64,000 bases of DNA from Takakia lepidozioides (lineage: Eukaryota > Plantae > Bryophyta): NCBI GenBank assembly GCA_030704615.1, contig CM060733.1, positions 2,294,001 through 2,358,000 on the forward strand, in the 5' to 3' direction. The position numbers and the translations under genes are program-made. This document shows, piece by piece, positions 46,401 to 59,822 of the stretch. Numbering within the stretch: position 1 is the stretch's first letter; each line of letters opens with the position of its first letter. A model generated the notes under the pieces. It was not told the origin of the DNA. It saw only the letters and a program-made list of their open reading frames with translations, and made no database searches.

Positions 46401-49400
46401 CCATGAGCCTTGTGGACAGCTTCTTGCAAGTAATTAGCAATTGCCTAAGAGGATTGCTGACATCTATAGACAGGGTCACACCTGAAGCCCAGAGACGCTA
46501 ACTGGTGCATATGAAATATTCAACACTTGCTTTACATCTGAGAGTGATAATACAGGCTGCACTCCAGTGGTGGCTGGAATGTAGCTGTGAACCTAAGCTA
46601 TTTCAGAAGATTATGTAGAAACTTTGGCCACCGAGGCTGCACTCTTATGTTTCTCTATCTTTGCCGTCCCCACAATTCCAAGCTCTACCAGTTGGTGTTG
46701 CTCTTAGTTGCTAGCTGACAGTGTCTATGTCAGAATTTGTTGGCTGGCCGAGGTTGTGATGGAAGTTTCCCATCAACCTTCGTGTTCAGGTTTGTTCTTC
46801 AGGAAGTTTCACTCCTCCATAGGGAAAGCTCCAGAATAGAAGAACAAAACTTATTATGACATCCACTGTAGGCGCCAATAGAGACTTTTCTACAGGCAGA
46901 TTGGAACAGGTGGTCAGTGATCAGACAAGGACCAGTCAGTAACAAGCAATTATGCTGGCACTACCGCAACCTCTCGCTCCTAGTGTCTACATTGCATATG
47001 TACTAAATAAATCGGTTGATTGCAAGTGAGTGGTCACTCATGGAGGCTTACCTGCTCAAGGACTTGAGATCGAATTTGGTTGGCTACACATAGAGCTTAC
47101 ATAGCTTCAGGAGCTTCCTTGATTAAGGAAGAAGGATTCATGGCATCAAAGATGGCACACCGGGAAAACGCTGTAACATGGGCCTTCGGTGCTAGTTTGG
47201 TTCTGGTGACACATTCATGAAACCCCCGTTAAAAGATGTACACAGACCTGGTCAAAGAAAGGTGAAGCTAGACTCAAAGGTGAAAGAAAGTCACTGATAC
47301 TCAGGATTAAGCCCAGGGACCCTAAAGGCACCGCAGAAAGCTACCCTGGATAACATTTGGAATGATATAAGAGAGATTGAGTCACTATAGACTCTAAGGT
47401 GCTTCTGCAAGGAATAGAAATGAAAACGTTGTACCACATATTGACAGCTGAGCATAATAGTTGGTTTCGTCTGAGTCCAGGGATTCAAGGTTCTTGTGCC
47501 AATGCTGAGAAAATGGTGGCAGCAACGGACATGAGATCAGTTCCATAAGATTGCATATACGAACCAAATTCAGTAACCTCCGAGTAATCAAAGCAGATTT
47601 GGATCAAAACCAACTGCTATGCTGAGGCTAGATGCTGGTCATCCTGCAGAGAGGAGCAGCTCCTTGAGTATCTTCGTGCTGGAGTTGCTGCAACCAAAGA
47701 GAAATATTAAAGATATAACAGCCACCATTATACTATACCAACACAGAGAAGTTTAAACACTGCTATCTAGGTGCTTTACATGTATTACTTGCCGAACAAT
47801 GCACACTGATTAGGTCATCTCCATAATCTGTACATTATAACCTGGATAGTAGGACCCTGTTCTGTGGCTTGAGGGACCTCTGTCTACCAAGTCAAATTCC
47901 GAACGTGCTCAAATATGAAACGTTCATCCGTTGTGCAACAGTACATGTACCGCATTTTCTGGGCAAAAGTATACATGGTGACCAGCTCGGCTGACGAGAA
48001 TCCATCAGAAATTGCAATATTCAGCTTTGCTGTTTGACAGAGGTAATTTGGCTCCTGAGTTCATGTGGTATCCATAAACTCCTGGACACCATGGGAAAGG
48101 GCCCATGTGTGAAAATATTTGAAGACCCTGCCAAAGGACACAATGAGAATGTCACATGTGAGAAACCAGCCATCTTAGAGGAAATATACTCGATTGAATG
48201 TTGAGATTGCAAGTTCTCTTTGAAATTGGCGTGGAACACCAGATCAATTGTGACAATAGGTGTGCACGTTTCCTTCCATGTGAGAGAAGTCCAGGCTCTA
48301 ATCAAGCCCACATTTTATAACTTAGAAAACTAATTTCGCCCACATGTTACTTCGGGATTTGGTTGTCTGCCTGGGGTACGATTTCTCTTCCTATAAATAC
48401 AGCATAAATATCAGCCTATGGGTGGGAAAAGACTAAAGCCCCCAGCTCTCCTTCAACAGTACTGTACTGCATCTGTACATACCTTGTTCCTATTCTGCCT
48501 TTTCTCCCTCCCATCCTCAGTGGGCTCTCTTCTTTGAGCAGGTTTCCGGTTACTTCCTCAAAATTCCATTGCTTCAAATCCAGCTTGGAGCAATCAAATC
48601 GCAAGATTTCAGACATTCTGGATTTACAGTCTGGATAACTTACGAGTCAAGATACCCTAATTAATTGGACGCCACTCTCCCAAACTCCTTGTTCGAAACA
48701 CATTACAAGGGTTCAGACAGTGTTTCTCTTCAAGGAGCAATTCCCAATTCCCAGAGGAGTACAACTCCAAGGTTAACATTTTATTTACCTGCACTTTTCA
48801 AGCCAGCATCGTGCTTGGACACTTAGGCTTCAAGGACATCTCAACGGCGCGCCTATGTTGAAGGATAAAACCCTTCCTAGGGGTAAGGCGTCGGAAAAGT
48901 TGCCTCTCCAGCATCGTGTCCTGGCAGGCTTGCATTCCACGCGCAACTGCAGTCAACAACGACTGTGACACTGCCCATCAGTCCTCTAAAGCAATACCTA
49001 GGTCCTTTGGAATCCATATTCGACTTCAGACGCTTTCAAAGATGACGCTCAACAGTAGGGACCAAGAACACAGGCAAGGAAGATCACCTTATAAAACCTA
49101 CCAAATATATTCAGCTTGATTAATGTGCAGACTTACAGAGAAAACTGTCAGGTTTCAACTTGGTCAGATCAAGAAAGGAGCGCGGCACATTTTGCGTTCC
49201 ATGTGCCTAAAAACCAATTCTCGGGCTCTGAGCGTAGGAACCACATGTCAGCTAAACAGACTGAACCCTCTGATGTTCTAGAGTTCAAAGTGCAAATATC
49301 ATCGATTACTAGTAATAAAACGCCCGAGCGAGGGCCTGGAGCTAGTGTGAGTACTGCGTACTGATCAAGTGCTACTCTAGACTTCTGCTCCCTAATATTG

Positions 49401-50328
49401 CCCTGCCGACGTAAGGTGTACAGGATAAGTAAAACGACCTAACTTTGTCACTACATTGATCCATGAGTTGTAACAGAGCCCAGCTCCACTTTCACTGCGC
49501 AAAAGGAACGAGGGCAGTCGTAATTGCCTAGGCAAGAACATATTACAGAATACTCCGAGGCACAGAGGCTGACTTCAAGATTACGTCAGTAACATTGTTC
49601 CAGTGACCATCATGTCGTCCAGAAAAGATGGAGCGCAGACAGTTTGAAGCAAGCAGCTGCGACCCCCTCTCCTGTCAAATACCTCAGCGGTGTGCACTAG
49701 TGTCAGGTTCCAGAACTTGAAAGCGCCGCATGAACTACTTACTTATCCTCTCTGCTTCTTCAGCCTCACACAAGCCAGCTATTTAACGTGGATTCCAGCC
49801 AGTAGCAGGAACCCATCATATTTGCTCCTCCATGCACAGCCTCGCACCAATCTCTCCCCACCGAAGAAGAAGTGAGTTGAGAGGTCTCCAGTGTGGAGAT
49901 TGACTGCTGCAGGAGAGGACAACAGTACGTAGCCCCATTACTGCTGTCTACGGTTGTGCTCACACCACTCTTCACATCTCACACGTGTGAATGCATTACA
50001 TTAAATTTCTGACTGTTGTACTAGTCTTGATGTATAATGATGATGACAACACTCTAAAGTTTCTCCTTATGGGCTCGTCTATAATGCCCTTTACATAATT
50101 GATTTTTAGAGCATACCCACTGACGTGGCGTGTTTCTACTGGATTTCAGGAGGGGTGCTATATGTGGTATTCTACGACCTACTAGATTTTAACTACCTAC
50201 CTACCTGCGGCGTGGATGAAAACTTCATATCACAGCTCCAAATGGATAGAAAACGTGGTGGTAGGTACGTACAAGGGTAAACTGACTGGCTCGCTGTCCT
50301 AAAAACCGGTTATGTCCAATAGAGAGGA

Positions 50329-50421
50329 GCCCCTGCTACCGGATATAGCAGGTCGCCATGACATCTCGCAGCAGCCGCGGCTTGGTAGGTCCTGGCTCCC
50401 TGCTACATCCGGTAGCAGGGC
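50329..50421. repeat. Small inverted repeat (MITE-like)
   Basis: CCCTGCTACCGGATATAGCAGG ... CCTGCTACATCCGGTAGCAGGG. Confidence 0.6.
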
Positions 50422-50752
50422 TTCTCGTATGCTACCTAAGTCCATATCAGTAAAACGTAAGCTTTTTGTTTGTTTTTAGTTTTTAAGGGCCACCGTACTA
50501 CCGGGAGGAAGCTTCTCACCCATAACCAGAAACCATAACTTATTGAACTCAGTAAGAAATTCATCAAAACAAAAAAAATGTACAAACCTGCATAGTATTC
50601 CGTGTACCTGTCCAATGTGGAAAGTCTCTACTAACTTATAGCATGCAGGTGATGGATTCTCGTTGCTGTGTGTAGCTTCATCCGGGAAATAATTTGAGTT
50701 CAACATGAGAACCAACCGGCTAAGTGGGTCGGGGAGTCAGTTGTTTCCCCTT

Positions 50753-50904
50753 GGTGGTAACTACAATAGGTCAATTTTCTATGTAAATTTCCTCGGTATA
50801 TTTCCCAAGGTTTCAATTATCACTCTGAACTCTTAGTGGTAACTACAATCAGTCAATTTTCTATGTAAATTTCCTCGATATATTTCCTAAGGTTTGAATT
50901 GTCA
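50753..50904. repeat. Direct tandem duplication, ~82-bp period
   Basis: GTGGTAACTACAAT..GTCAATTTTCTATGTAAATTTCCTCG twice. Confidence 0.8.
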
Positions 50905-52373
50905 ACAGGAAATTCCTAGAAACCGCTCGGCTAGCATGTAACTGACTGCGGGTTCTCCTTGTTCATTGGTGTATAGAGCGAGGGACTTGACCCAACCACA
51001 AATTCCTTCTATCCCTCTATTGATGAAAAGTAAGAAACGGTTACAGTAGTTAGAGAGAAGACTCCGGCCGAAGCCGGGGTAACTAAGAGCCACTTCCCCT
51101 TGCGGACTACTGCCCCCTTTTGGGGGTGGGCCTTATAAAAAGAAAGGTGTCTTATGGGACACCAAGTGACCGTAGAAAGTAGGGGAGTCTATGGTACCCT
51201 GAGGACCTAGGGTGCATTTGAAATGCCGGATTCTAGTTGGCGTTTCTTGGTGGTAATAGTTGTGAGTGAACGGAGTGCCGTGAGGTCAATTGCTTTGAAG
51301 CATTTGTGGATGGAAGAGTGGGAATTTTGAAGTTATCATGTATGTCATTGATACTCGCGTTATGAATGCCGCCTCGAGTAGGATAAGCGGGGCATATTTT
51401 TGATGTTTTACTATAATCGAGTCATTGGGGATTGGGGTAACGATTGTGGCAAAATGCGAATTCAATGAAATGAATAAATTCCAGTACCGAAATCCGTCTG
51501 GCAGGTGTGATCATGATGGATGAGTATGGGGAACCAATGCATTTCGCCAACTTCAAACCTGGGGCCCTTAGAAACATGAGGTATTTGAACATATGATAGA
51601 AAACCCCCAAAACCTGGGGTTAAATGTGCCATATGATCCACTAGACAATCAGCCATTTCTCTTGGAATGTTATGGCACATTTCGTGGGCAGCAAAAGCGA
51701 AAGGCTCTGCCGAGTGGACAGGAGCAAGTGGTGCATGTGAATTGGAGGAGGAGAGGGTTGTTGGACTGGTTTCAGTGCATTGAAGATATAGCGCAGTGTG
51801 TTAGCGAGTGCAGAAATGAGAGAATTGCTCACTTGCACAGAGCATTCTCGCAAAGCTCTGAAAAGCAACAATGTCGTGGCTGATGGTAGGAGGTCTGTCA
51901 TACGTGGGCGGCCGTAGATTGCATGAGGCCAACAATATAGGCGAAACGTGCTGGGCATCTGAGCGTCCTAAACAGGGGAGAATCAGAGGAATCCAGTCGG
52001 GAGAGAGGCACGAGAGAAGGGAGGAGAGCATTTGTGCTCCGTTTTCCTGTGCGTTGTCATCAGTAGATTTCAGTGCTGCGCTCTCTCCATATGGCTTGTT
52101 TCAGGAGTCTGTGTCAACGAGGGTTTGCTTTCCTCTCTTTCTAGAGGGTCTGGGTTTTGATGCCTTAGCTCCTCTAATTTGTTTCCTATCATCCCTTTTG
52201 GTTGATTCATCTGTTATATCTGTTGGGTTCTCTAATTCTCAGTTTGTTTCGTAAGTTATATACTGTGCTGAACTCATTTCGTGTATTTTCTGGGTTGGTT
52301 TCGGGTGTGCCCTCTTTGCACAGCCAATTTTGTCCGACTCTCTGTGCATGCACAAGACATGCACATGAAGGGA

Positions 52374-53614
52374 ATGGCGGCACAGAGGTCGTTGCTGTTG
52401 GCTGTGCTGCTGGGTGTCCTTGTTTTGAGCTTTGGGACAACCATCCAGTGTGATGAGGGCGCGCATCCAGGAAAAGCAGAAGAAACAACAGCTAATCTTC
52501 CTCTTGTCAAGCTTGAGGCTTTAAAATCACAATTATTTTCCCTGGGGTCAGGGCTGGAGGGGAAAGAATCACCTTGGAAGAGAAGGACAAGAAAATCAGC
52601 GACCTTAGAACAGAGCTTGATCATCGTCACACTCACACGGAAGGCGCTGGAGAGGCAGAAACTAAACTTGAATCCGCTTTGGCTAAAGTGAGTGAATTAG
52701 AATTGGAGATTACGAATCTGAAGGCAGAATCCGAACAGCTGAAGCTGGAGGTAAGGTCTATGATGTCGCCCGCAGAGAAAGCAGAATCAAGCGCTACAAA
52801 GCACTTAACTGAGAAAGATAAAGCAGCATCAGGTCTCTCCGAGCTCACGCGGCTTCAAAAGGTCGAACGGGTCCTTCGAGTTGCAGAGGCTGCTATGACA
52901 AAGGCACAGTCGGAAGCGGCCAAGAAAGCGCAAGAGCTGGCGAAGGTTTCGGATGCATGGTTGCCTCCATGGTTGTCTACCCGCGTTGCCGCACTCCACG
53001 CAACGGCCAATTCTCACTGGTCAGCTCACGGAGAGCCAGTGGTGAGCGGTCTAAAGAAAACGGCATCAGCAAAAGCATCTGTTGCGCAGGAGTGGGCGAA
53101 ACCTCACTTGGAAACACTGCACACAAAAGTGAACCCCGTGATTAGGGAAAGATGGGAAAAAATCGCAATTGCAGTTGCCCCACATCTTGAAAGGGTCAAG
53201 AAGGCAGGACCTCAGTATGTAGATGTGACCAAGGAGTACGTATCTCCACATCTGGAGAAGGCGCAGAAAACTCTTGAGCCATATGTGCAAATCTTGAGGG
53301 AAAAGAGTCGACCATATGTGGATCACGCCGCACTTTCTTTGGCACCTCATTTTGAGAAATTGAAGACCTTTACAGGACCTTATCTGGAGAAGGTCAATCT
53401 CCACTATCGACGTGTCCTCATAACCACTACCAGCTATGAGAATCTTCAAACCTCAATAATGTGGACACTAGGAAAGCATGAAGTGTTACCTCTCGAGGCA
53501 ACCGAGGAGCTTGCTTGGTTTTTGGCTTGGACTGTCTTTGCGCTCCCGGTTGTTGCGCTGCTTCTTGTCTTTTCATTTGTGTTTGGAGGAAGGAAGACTA
53601 GCAGCAGGGACTGA
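52374..53614 (+). pseudogene. Intronless copy of a plant membrane-anchored coiled-coil protein (AT2G24420/AT4G31340-like family), one frameshift
   Basis: Signal peptide MAAQRSLLLAVLLGVLVLSFG, frameshift at ~52575, coiled coil, family motif AWLPPWL...HWSAHGEP, C-terminal TM helix. Confidence 0.7.
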
Positions 53615-54341
53615 TGCAGTGGTAACTCAAACAGCAACAGCTCTTCCATTAAGAAGCCGAGGTGGATAAGTGAAGTGGTTGACTGGGTTGCACGACGGCA
53701 AATTGAACTAAAGCTGGAGAGTCTCCAGGTTCAAGATTATTGGATCTCAACGATTGTCTTTGAGGATTGGGCGCCAAGCTGTGCATCGTGTTGCTGGTAA
53801 GGTGGGCCTTCTGTGTGTAGGCCTGAAATGGAGAATCATTCCCTCATTGTTGGAGATGTTCAACTGCCAGTTGCACAGAGGGTTTTCTATTTTGAAAAAG
53901 GTTGTATGAATGAACACCATTTCTTGCCTAACCTTCCCATATTGTAGCTGGGATGTGTTAGCTGCTCTAACCATATAGAGTTTCTGCAAATCAAGGAGAA
54001 GGATCACTAAGGAACCGACCCTCAAAACAAAATTGCCAAGTATGTTGGGTGTGGAGCTGACTGTGGCTCTTTAAAGCTGTACGTGCTGCATCAGACTTAA
54101 CACTGCATGCTGACAGAGAAAAACCACAGTCTATTTGACCGATTGGAAGCATGCGTATCTGAAGAGAACCCTTGGTTTATTTCAATGCATTTGAAAGCAT
54201 TGCCCAACTTGTGTACAGTGTGCTGGGTTTGGCTCCCCTTTTTTGTCACACGACTGTGCACCTGTAGCAAGAAATTATGGTAAGTGTATATCTCTAAAGA
54301 TCCTATCTTCCTTCTCTCTCTCTCTCTCTCTCTTTCTCTCT

Positions 54342-55500
54342 GATCTTTGGGGGCTAGAGGCTAATGTCAGCAAATGTGCAGTGGTAGCATTCAACGACAG
54401 AGGAGAGGGAGGAAGTGATCTTAAGTGGCAGTGGGGTAGCCAAGAGATCCCGGTCCTCCCTTCCTACACTTACCTGGGCGTTGAGTTCTCCTCCAATTGT
54501 AATTGGGATGCACATATCCGGAAAGTTGTTCAAACTGGCAAGGGCAAAGCTCTGGGGCTCACTAAATTTTTCCACTGCAGAGGGGTCAACTCTGAGGTTA
54601 AGAAAACCATGCTTTGTCGCGTTATTAGACCTGCCTTGGAGTACGGATCTGCTATATGGGTTGATAACTCCAACCAGGCTAAGTCTCTAGAATCCATTCA
54701 AGTGGGGGTGCTTAAGGAGTGTATGTCAGCTGCAACATATGCCCAACACCAGATATCCTAAGTTAATCGACTCTATATCTTGGAAACAGGACCGCCCTGT
54801 CAAACAGGCTAAGTCCTGGCAGAAGAGCGTAGAAGAGATCCTCAAGGACCTGGACCTGGATCCGCAAGTCTTGACCCTGCTGGATAAATCAGACTTAGAG
54901 GCTGTAGTGTCCTCAGCCATGTCTGTTGCCATGAGATTGTCTGATGAAAATGAAGTTAGGCAGAAAACTTCCCTGAACTTGTTTCCAGTCTGTGACATGG
55001 GGGAGGACATCTTGGATGACCTCAAGGTCTACCCACTCTCGGCACTAGACTGAAATTTAAACTCAGGGCAGGAAGCCTACCTTTGAACAGCAAACAGAAG
55101 CAGAGAGGAAAGGGAGAGTGCAATTGCCCGTTGTGTGGGCAATCTGAAGACAGTATTCATTTTCTGATACACTGTCCGGGGTTCTCTCACCAAAGAGACG
55201 CTCTCTTCAAATCTATTAAGGGAATTGTGCCTGTACCCCTGTTTACCAACTTTGAAAGTCTCGAGGCTGAGCCAAAAGCCCAGGCCCTCCTGAGGCCTAG
55301 TTTTTGGGCAAATCACACACAGCAGATTGATGCTTGTGTGAAGGGATTTCTAGAGGAAAACCCGGATTAATTCTTTATATGGAGGTAAGTCTTACTACCA
55401 ACGTCAGCCCCTGACAGAGGTAGGTTCTGTCCCTTTTGTTCCCGCTCAAACTGGGCGCGGGGTCAATGGCCACAAGGCTACGGCAAACAACGTCTTATGA
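54342..55500 (+). mobile_element. 5'-truncated LINE (RT C-terminus plus Zn finger)
   Basis: LEANVSKC, YTYLGV, RPALEYGSAIW, CPLCGQSEDSIHFLIHC; flanked by (CT)n tracts. Confidence 0.85.
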
Positions 55501-55899
55501 GTACAATCTCTCTCTCTCTCTGATACAAGGCCACAAGGCTACAGCAAACAAAGTCTTTTGAGTACATTGTCTGGATATTTCTCCGTGACAGTCCAGAGAA
55601 GGAGGCTCACTTTGCGCTGCTGGTGTCTCTTTCTTTGCCTTCCATGGAAGTTCTGCAGACAATTGCTACTCCATTCTAAGGTGTGACTTTACTGGACTCC
55701 TGTATAGCGCCCTTCGCATGTCTTTCAGCATTTCTGTGTAATTTCGTTGTTTCTATCTCTTATCTGTCTGCACCCAAGTTACTGGATTTTTCATTGCATG
55801 TGATCTTCTCAGTTGTGTGCTTGCGCAAAGCCAATTTTGGGATGTGCTTGGATGAGTGGGAATCAGAAATGGGCTTCATTGCATGAGCAACACAATCTA

Positions 55900-56760
55900 C
55901 ATAAGCCATCAGGACCACCTGCTTTATATCCATTTAGATGTTCAATTGCTTCCACAATCTCAGAAGAACTAATGGGAGCATTGTAGGCTTTTGAAATATA
56001 CTCCAGTTCATCAGGGCTGTTTTGAATCATAGGAACAGTTTTACCAACTGTGTCCTTCCATTCATCAGAGGACCCCTCACTGTTAGACCTAGAAGTTCTG
56101 CCAAGGATACTGTAGTGGGTTTCAAAGGTTTTGACAATGTCAACCGATGAAGTTACCACTGCACCCTTAGTAGTCTTCAGCGTTTGTACTTGCTGACAGC
56201 TTTTCGGCTTGTACAAGTGTTGAAGGGCCAACCAGAATCTCTTGTCATTACCACCATGGTGGTTTGAGTTTATTTCACTGTATAACTTGTCCCAGTATAA
56301 TTTCTTCTGAGCCCTTACAAGCAGATTGATATCTTTACGGATCTGGTAGTACCTCGCCCACAATTCTTTGTTGGTTTTCAAATTGCAGCACTCTTTTTAT
56401 AAAGGACTCGTCTCTCAGCTATCTTGAGTTTAATCTCATTGGTCCACCAATTAACAGCTCTACCGCAGACAATTAGTTTCCTCCCAATGATCTTGTCAGC
56501 CGCAGAGGAGACGAACCTCTCCCAAGAATCCACTGCTCTTTTGACTTCATTTCTTGCACTGTGCGCAAGACTGAAGGTCTTGGAGCGAATGGACAAAATG
56601 AGGAAGAGCCTCTCGCAAGGCCTGGACATACTCAGCCTTGACCTCTTCATTATGGAATTTTTCTATGCGCCACTTCCGAATCGAACGTTTCACAGATCTC
56701 TTGGTGTTGGGAAAACACCTTTTGATCTCAGTCCAAACCAGGAAGTCCAGTCAATGTATA
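55900..56760 (-). mobile_element. LINE ORF2 fragment (region between endonuclease and RT)
   Basis: WWTNEIK, KRFWLAL, PISSSEIVEAIEHLNGYKAGGPDG. Confidence 0.85.
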
Positions 56761-56987
56761 ATGCACAAAATGTCCTGTATTTTTAATTCGTCTAGAATTG
56801 TGAAAATATCATCATATCATATCATTCATGTATCAAGAGAGGATTTGGAGGGAATGGTCTTTCTCTGCACTTTGCCTCATCCTTTCCATAGATAATGTTG
56901 GCAAAATTCAATCTGTTGAGAGATTCTAATTCAGAAAGGAGTGATTGAGCTAGGGTTTATTCAGGGATGTGGGGGTTGGGTGTGTAG

Positions 56988-57117
56988 GATTGCAAGAAGG
57001 TGGTCTACCAGTGGACTGGGAAGTGTCAACGCTGTCAAGGCACTGGTGAGGTCAGCTTCTACAGAGGGAAACGGAGCAAAGAAGTTATTAGCAAGTGCAT
57101 TGCTTGTTTAGGCTTAG
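56988..57117 (+). CDS. SCO2: Exon of a SCO2/CYO1-like DnaJ-type zinc-finger protein
   Basis: AG|[44 protein letters not shown]|GT matches SCO2 'DCKxVVYxWTGKCxxCQGxG'. Other exons not located. Confidence 0.7.
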
Positions 57118-57739
57118 GTGAGCTCACACACATGGCCTCCTTTCTTATCTCATTGTCACTGTCCCTCTATCCTCTTGTCAACTCCCCAAACATGGGGTAG
57201 TCCCTTAAAGCAAGAGATCTATTACAACGTTGGACGACCCAGTAATAACTGTAATAGGCAGGGACCCAAGCAGGTGCTAGGAATAAATAGCGGCTGCTAG
57301 TCTCATGTTGCATCCTGTATGAACGGATGAACCAGTAAGATTCTAAAATAAACCAGCCGACAACCAGTGGGCAGAGAACACTTGTAACTTATTGAAAACC
57401 TTCACTCCAAGCCCAGGAGGCAAAGTAGGAGGTGAGATCTGCAGTACAGGGGGCCTCTTAGGTGTTTCCCACAGATATTTATCAAGGTAAGCAGATTATA
57501 ACCTCAAGAATGATGTCAATGCCAGCCCTAAAATTGGTGTTACTGGCTGTGCGCCAGCACTACGAAGTTTGTGGGCCGAGTTATATACGTTTGTTCTGTC
57601 CTGCTTTGGGACGACGATCATCCTACAGGAATTAGGCCCTTCACAATCTGTACGAAAGGGTCAAAGAGTGCATCTCTTCCTTTCACTGTCCTTGTCATCC
57701 TGCATTTGCTTTGGCTTTTCTCTCGGGCCCTCACAACAT

Positions 57740-58445
57740 CTATGAGGCTCAAAGCTGCAGGTTTCAGGAACTCCTGGTATGCTCGAGTGGACAGTTTATT
57801 TCAACGTAACGGACTTTCTACTGCTTTCCTATTACCAATGAATCCAGATGAGGTGGACTTCACGTCCAGACATGACCGCAACAGACTCATTAGGAGAGAG
57901 CTTATGGAATTACATGTCCAGAGAACTTGGAAGCTACCCAATCTCACAACAAAGCTCCACTTCTATCGAGAGACATTCTTGGTGCTCCTCGACAATAGAA
58001 TCTTGAGACCAAATTACCTTTCAGCATCCTTATCTCCTTCCCTCCTGAGGGCATTGGGGCGGTTCAGGGTGGGTTCCCACAACCTACGGATAGAGACTGG
58101 CAGATGGGAAAACCTGCAATGGAAGGACCGCCTATGTCCAGCTTGCATAGGGCGCAGCCAGGAAATTGAAACTGAAGAACACTTCTTCTACTGCCCTCTA
58201 TACTACGAGATCCGTGGGAGATTCCACTGTTTATTCAGTGGAACCCAAACTCTCACTGATGTCTTCCACTATGAGGATCAAAAATGCTTGGCAGCCTACC
58301 TGCACGAGGCCTTCACCCTTCGACATTCGCTAGAACATTAATTGTGGTTTCTGGACTTGTTCCTCTCTCATGTTTCCATTTTGTCCCATAAGCTCTATGA
58401 GCTTTCTGCGGACGTTATAAAGTACCATTACATTTCATTTAATTT
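57740..58445 (+). mobile_element. LINE 3' fragment with Zn finger and (CATTT)n tail
   Basis: RFRVGSHNLRIETGRW..RLCPAC..ETEEHFFYCPLY. Confidence 0.85.
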
Positions 58446-59822
58446 CTCGGGGTACGCGGCGCGGTGAAGGAAGAAGCGGGCAGGGAGGCTGGGGCGGGGC
58501 CCATACTGACTTAAGGAAAATATGTGGGCCCGTTGCTGTTGCAGTCCCTAGTTCTTCTTTTGGTACTCTATCTGCATGACTTCTTGGATAGGCGCAAAGT
58601 GCCCATGAGAGGTGCAGTGGGGATGTATTAGGGGGCGGAAGGGATGGTCACTTAACGGATATCTTTAATGTCTCATCATATTTGATTTATCCAAATGACA
58701 TGCATACATGTACGTATATGCACATGTGTACATATACTTGTTTTTATCAAAAATTAGGTTGTGCCAATATGAATTAAGTTGTGCCAACAATTGAGTGCCG
58801 CCAACGTTGTTGGCACCATTAAGCTTGTTGGTGCTTTAGTGGTGCCACAAACCTTACTGGCGCCACCTATGTTGTTGACCCCCACGTTGTCAACAAGTGG
58901 TGTGAACAAGTAGGTTGATTTATCGAGGGACATGGTCATACGGCATTCCTTACTCTTGAATCTTGCATTCATGCCAGTCTTCCTCACTGGGGGTATGATT
59001 CAACAGGTGGTAACTTACCTATTATAAAGCTGGGTTGCAGAAGTTGCATCACAAGGCTCTGTATCCCTTGGGTTTGATAGGCTGGGGAACATTGGGAACA
59101 CCGGTTAGAAATACTAAGCTCAACGCAGGGGTCACCGGAAAGATTACAGTGGGAGTGAAGGCTTGCCAAAATTCTGTCAGGATTACTTTGCCAATCTTGT
59201 AGAGTTGATATTGAAATAAATGCCCAGGTCTGTACAAGTACTGGGGCAAATTAGTATTGCAAAGAATGTGAACTATCCAATCATACTCTAGTTTTTCCAA
59301 CCCAGTAGTTGAAACTTGAAACCTATTGGATTCTACATTCACATAAATCAAAATGTTTTTCTCACCCATATGCACTCAGAACCAAGGGCCTCCCAACCAC
59401 CTATACTACAGCGATTGAGAGGTGTTCTTGGAAGGTGTTCTTGGAAGCTTTTCTGTAAAGCAACTTACCGGCTCAAGCTGGATTCAAATGGCAAGGTTTT
59501 GGTAATGCTGTTTTCTTGTCTTTGTGTAAAGAACTCTGTGGAGACCCACCAGTACCTACGCCCTTTATTCTGAGTCTCGTTGTGCCCAACTCATTGTACC
59601 CAATGTTCCTGGCAATCTGGACTCGATTCCTCTGTCTGCTTCGTGACTCTGCCTTTCGGAAATTATAATCAAGTCGTCTTCATCACCATGTGGAGCCCAC
59701 AGAAAGTATTCAATGACATTATTTCTTCCAACTGCAATCTTTGCTCAGGAAATAGAATGTCAAGTCATGACCTTTTGAGCCCACCTTTGGTGATGCCCGT
59801 TTATTTGTTCCTAGTCATTTGT

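Noticed and set aside
44800-50000. Genes or a defined element in this 5-kb stretch
   Set aside because: Only short ORFs with no recognisable motifs; probably highly decayed sequence that I cannot assign.
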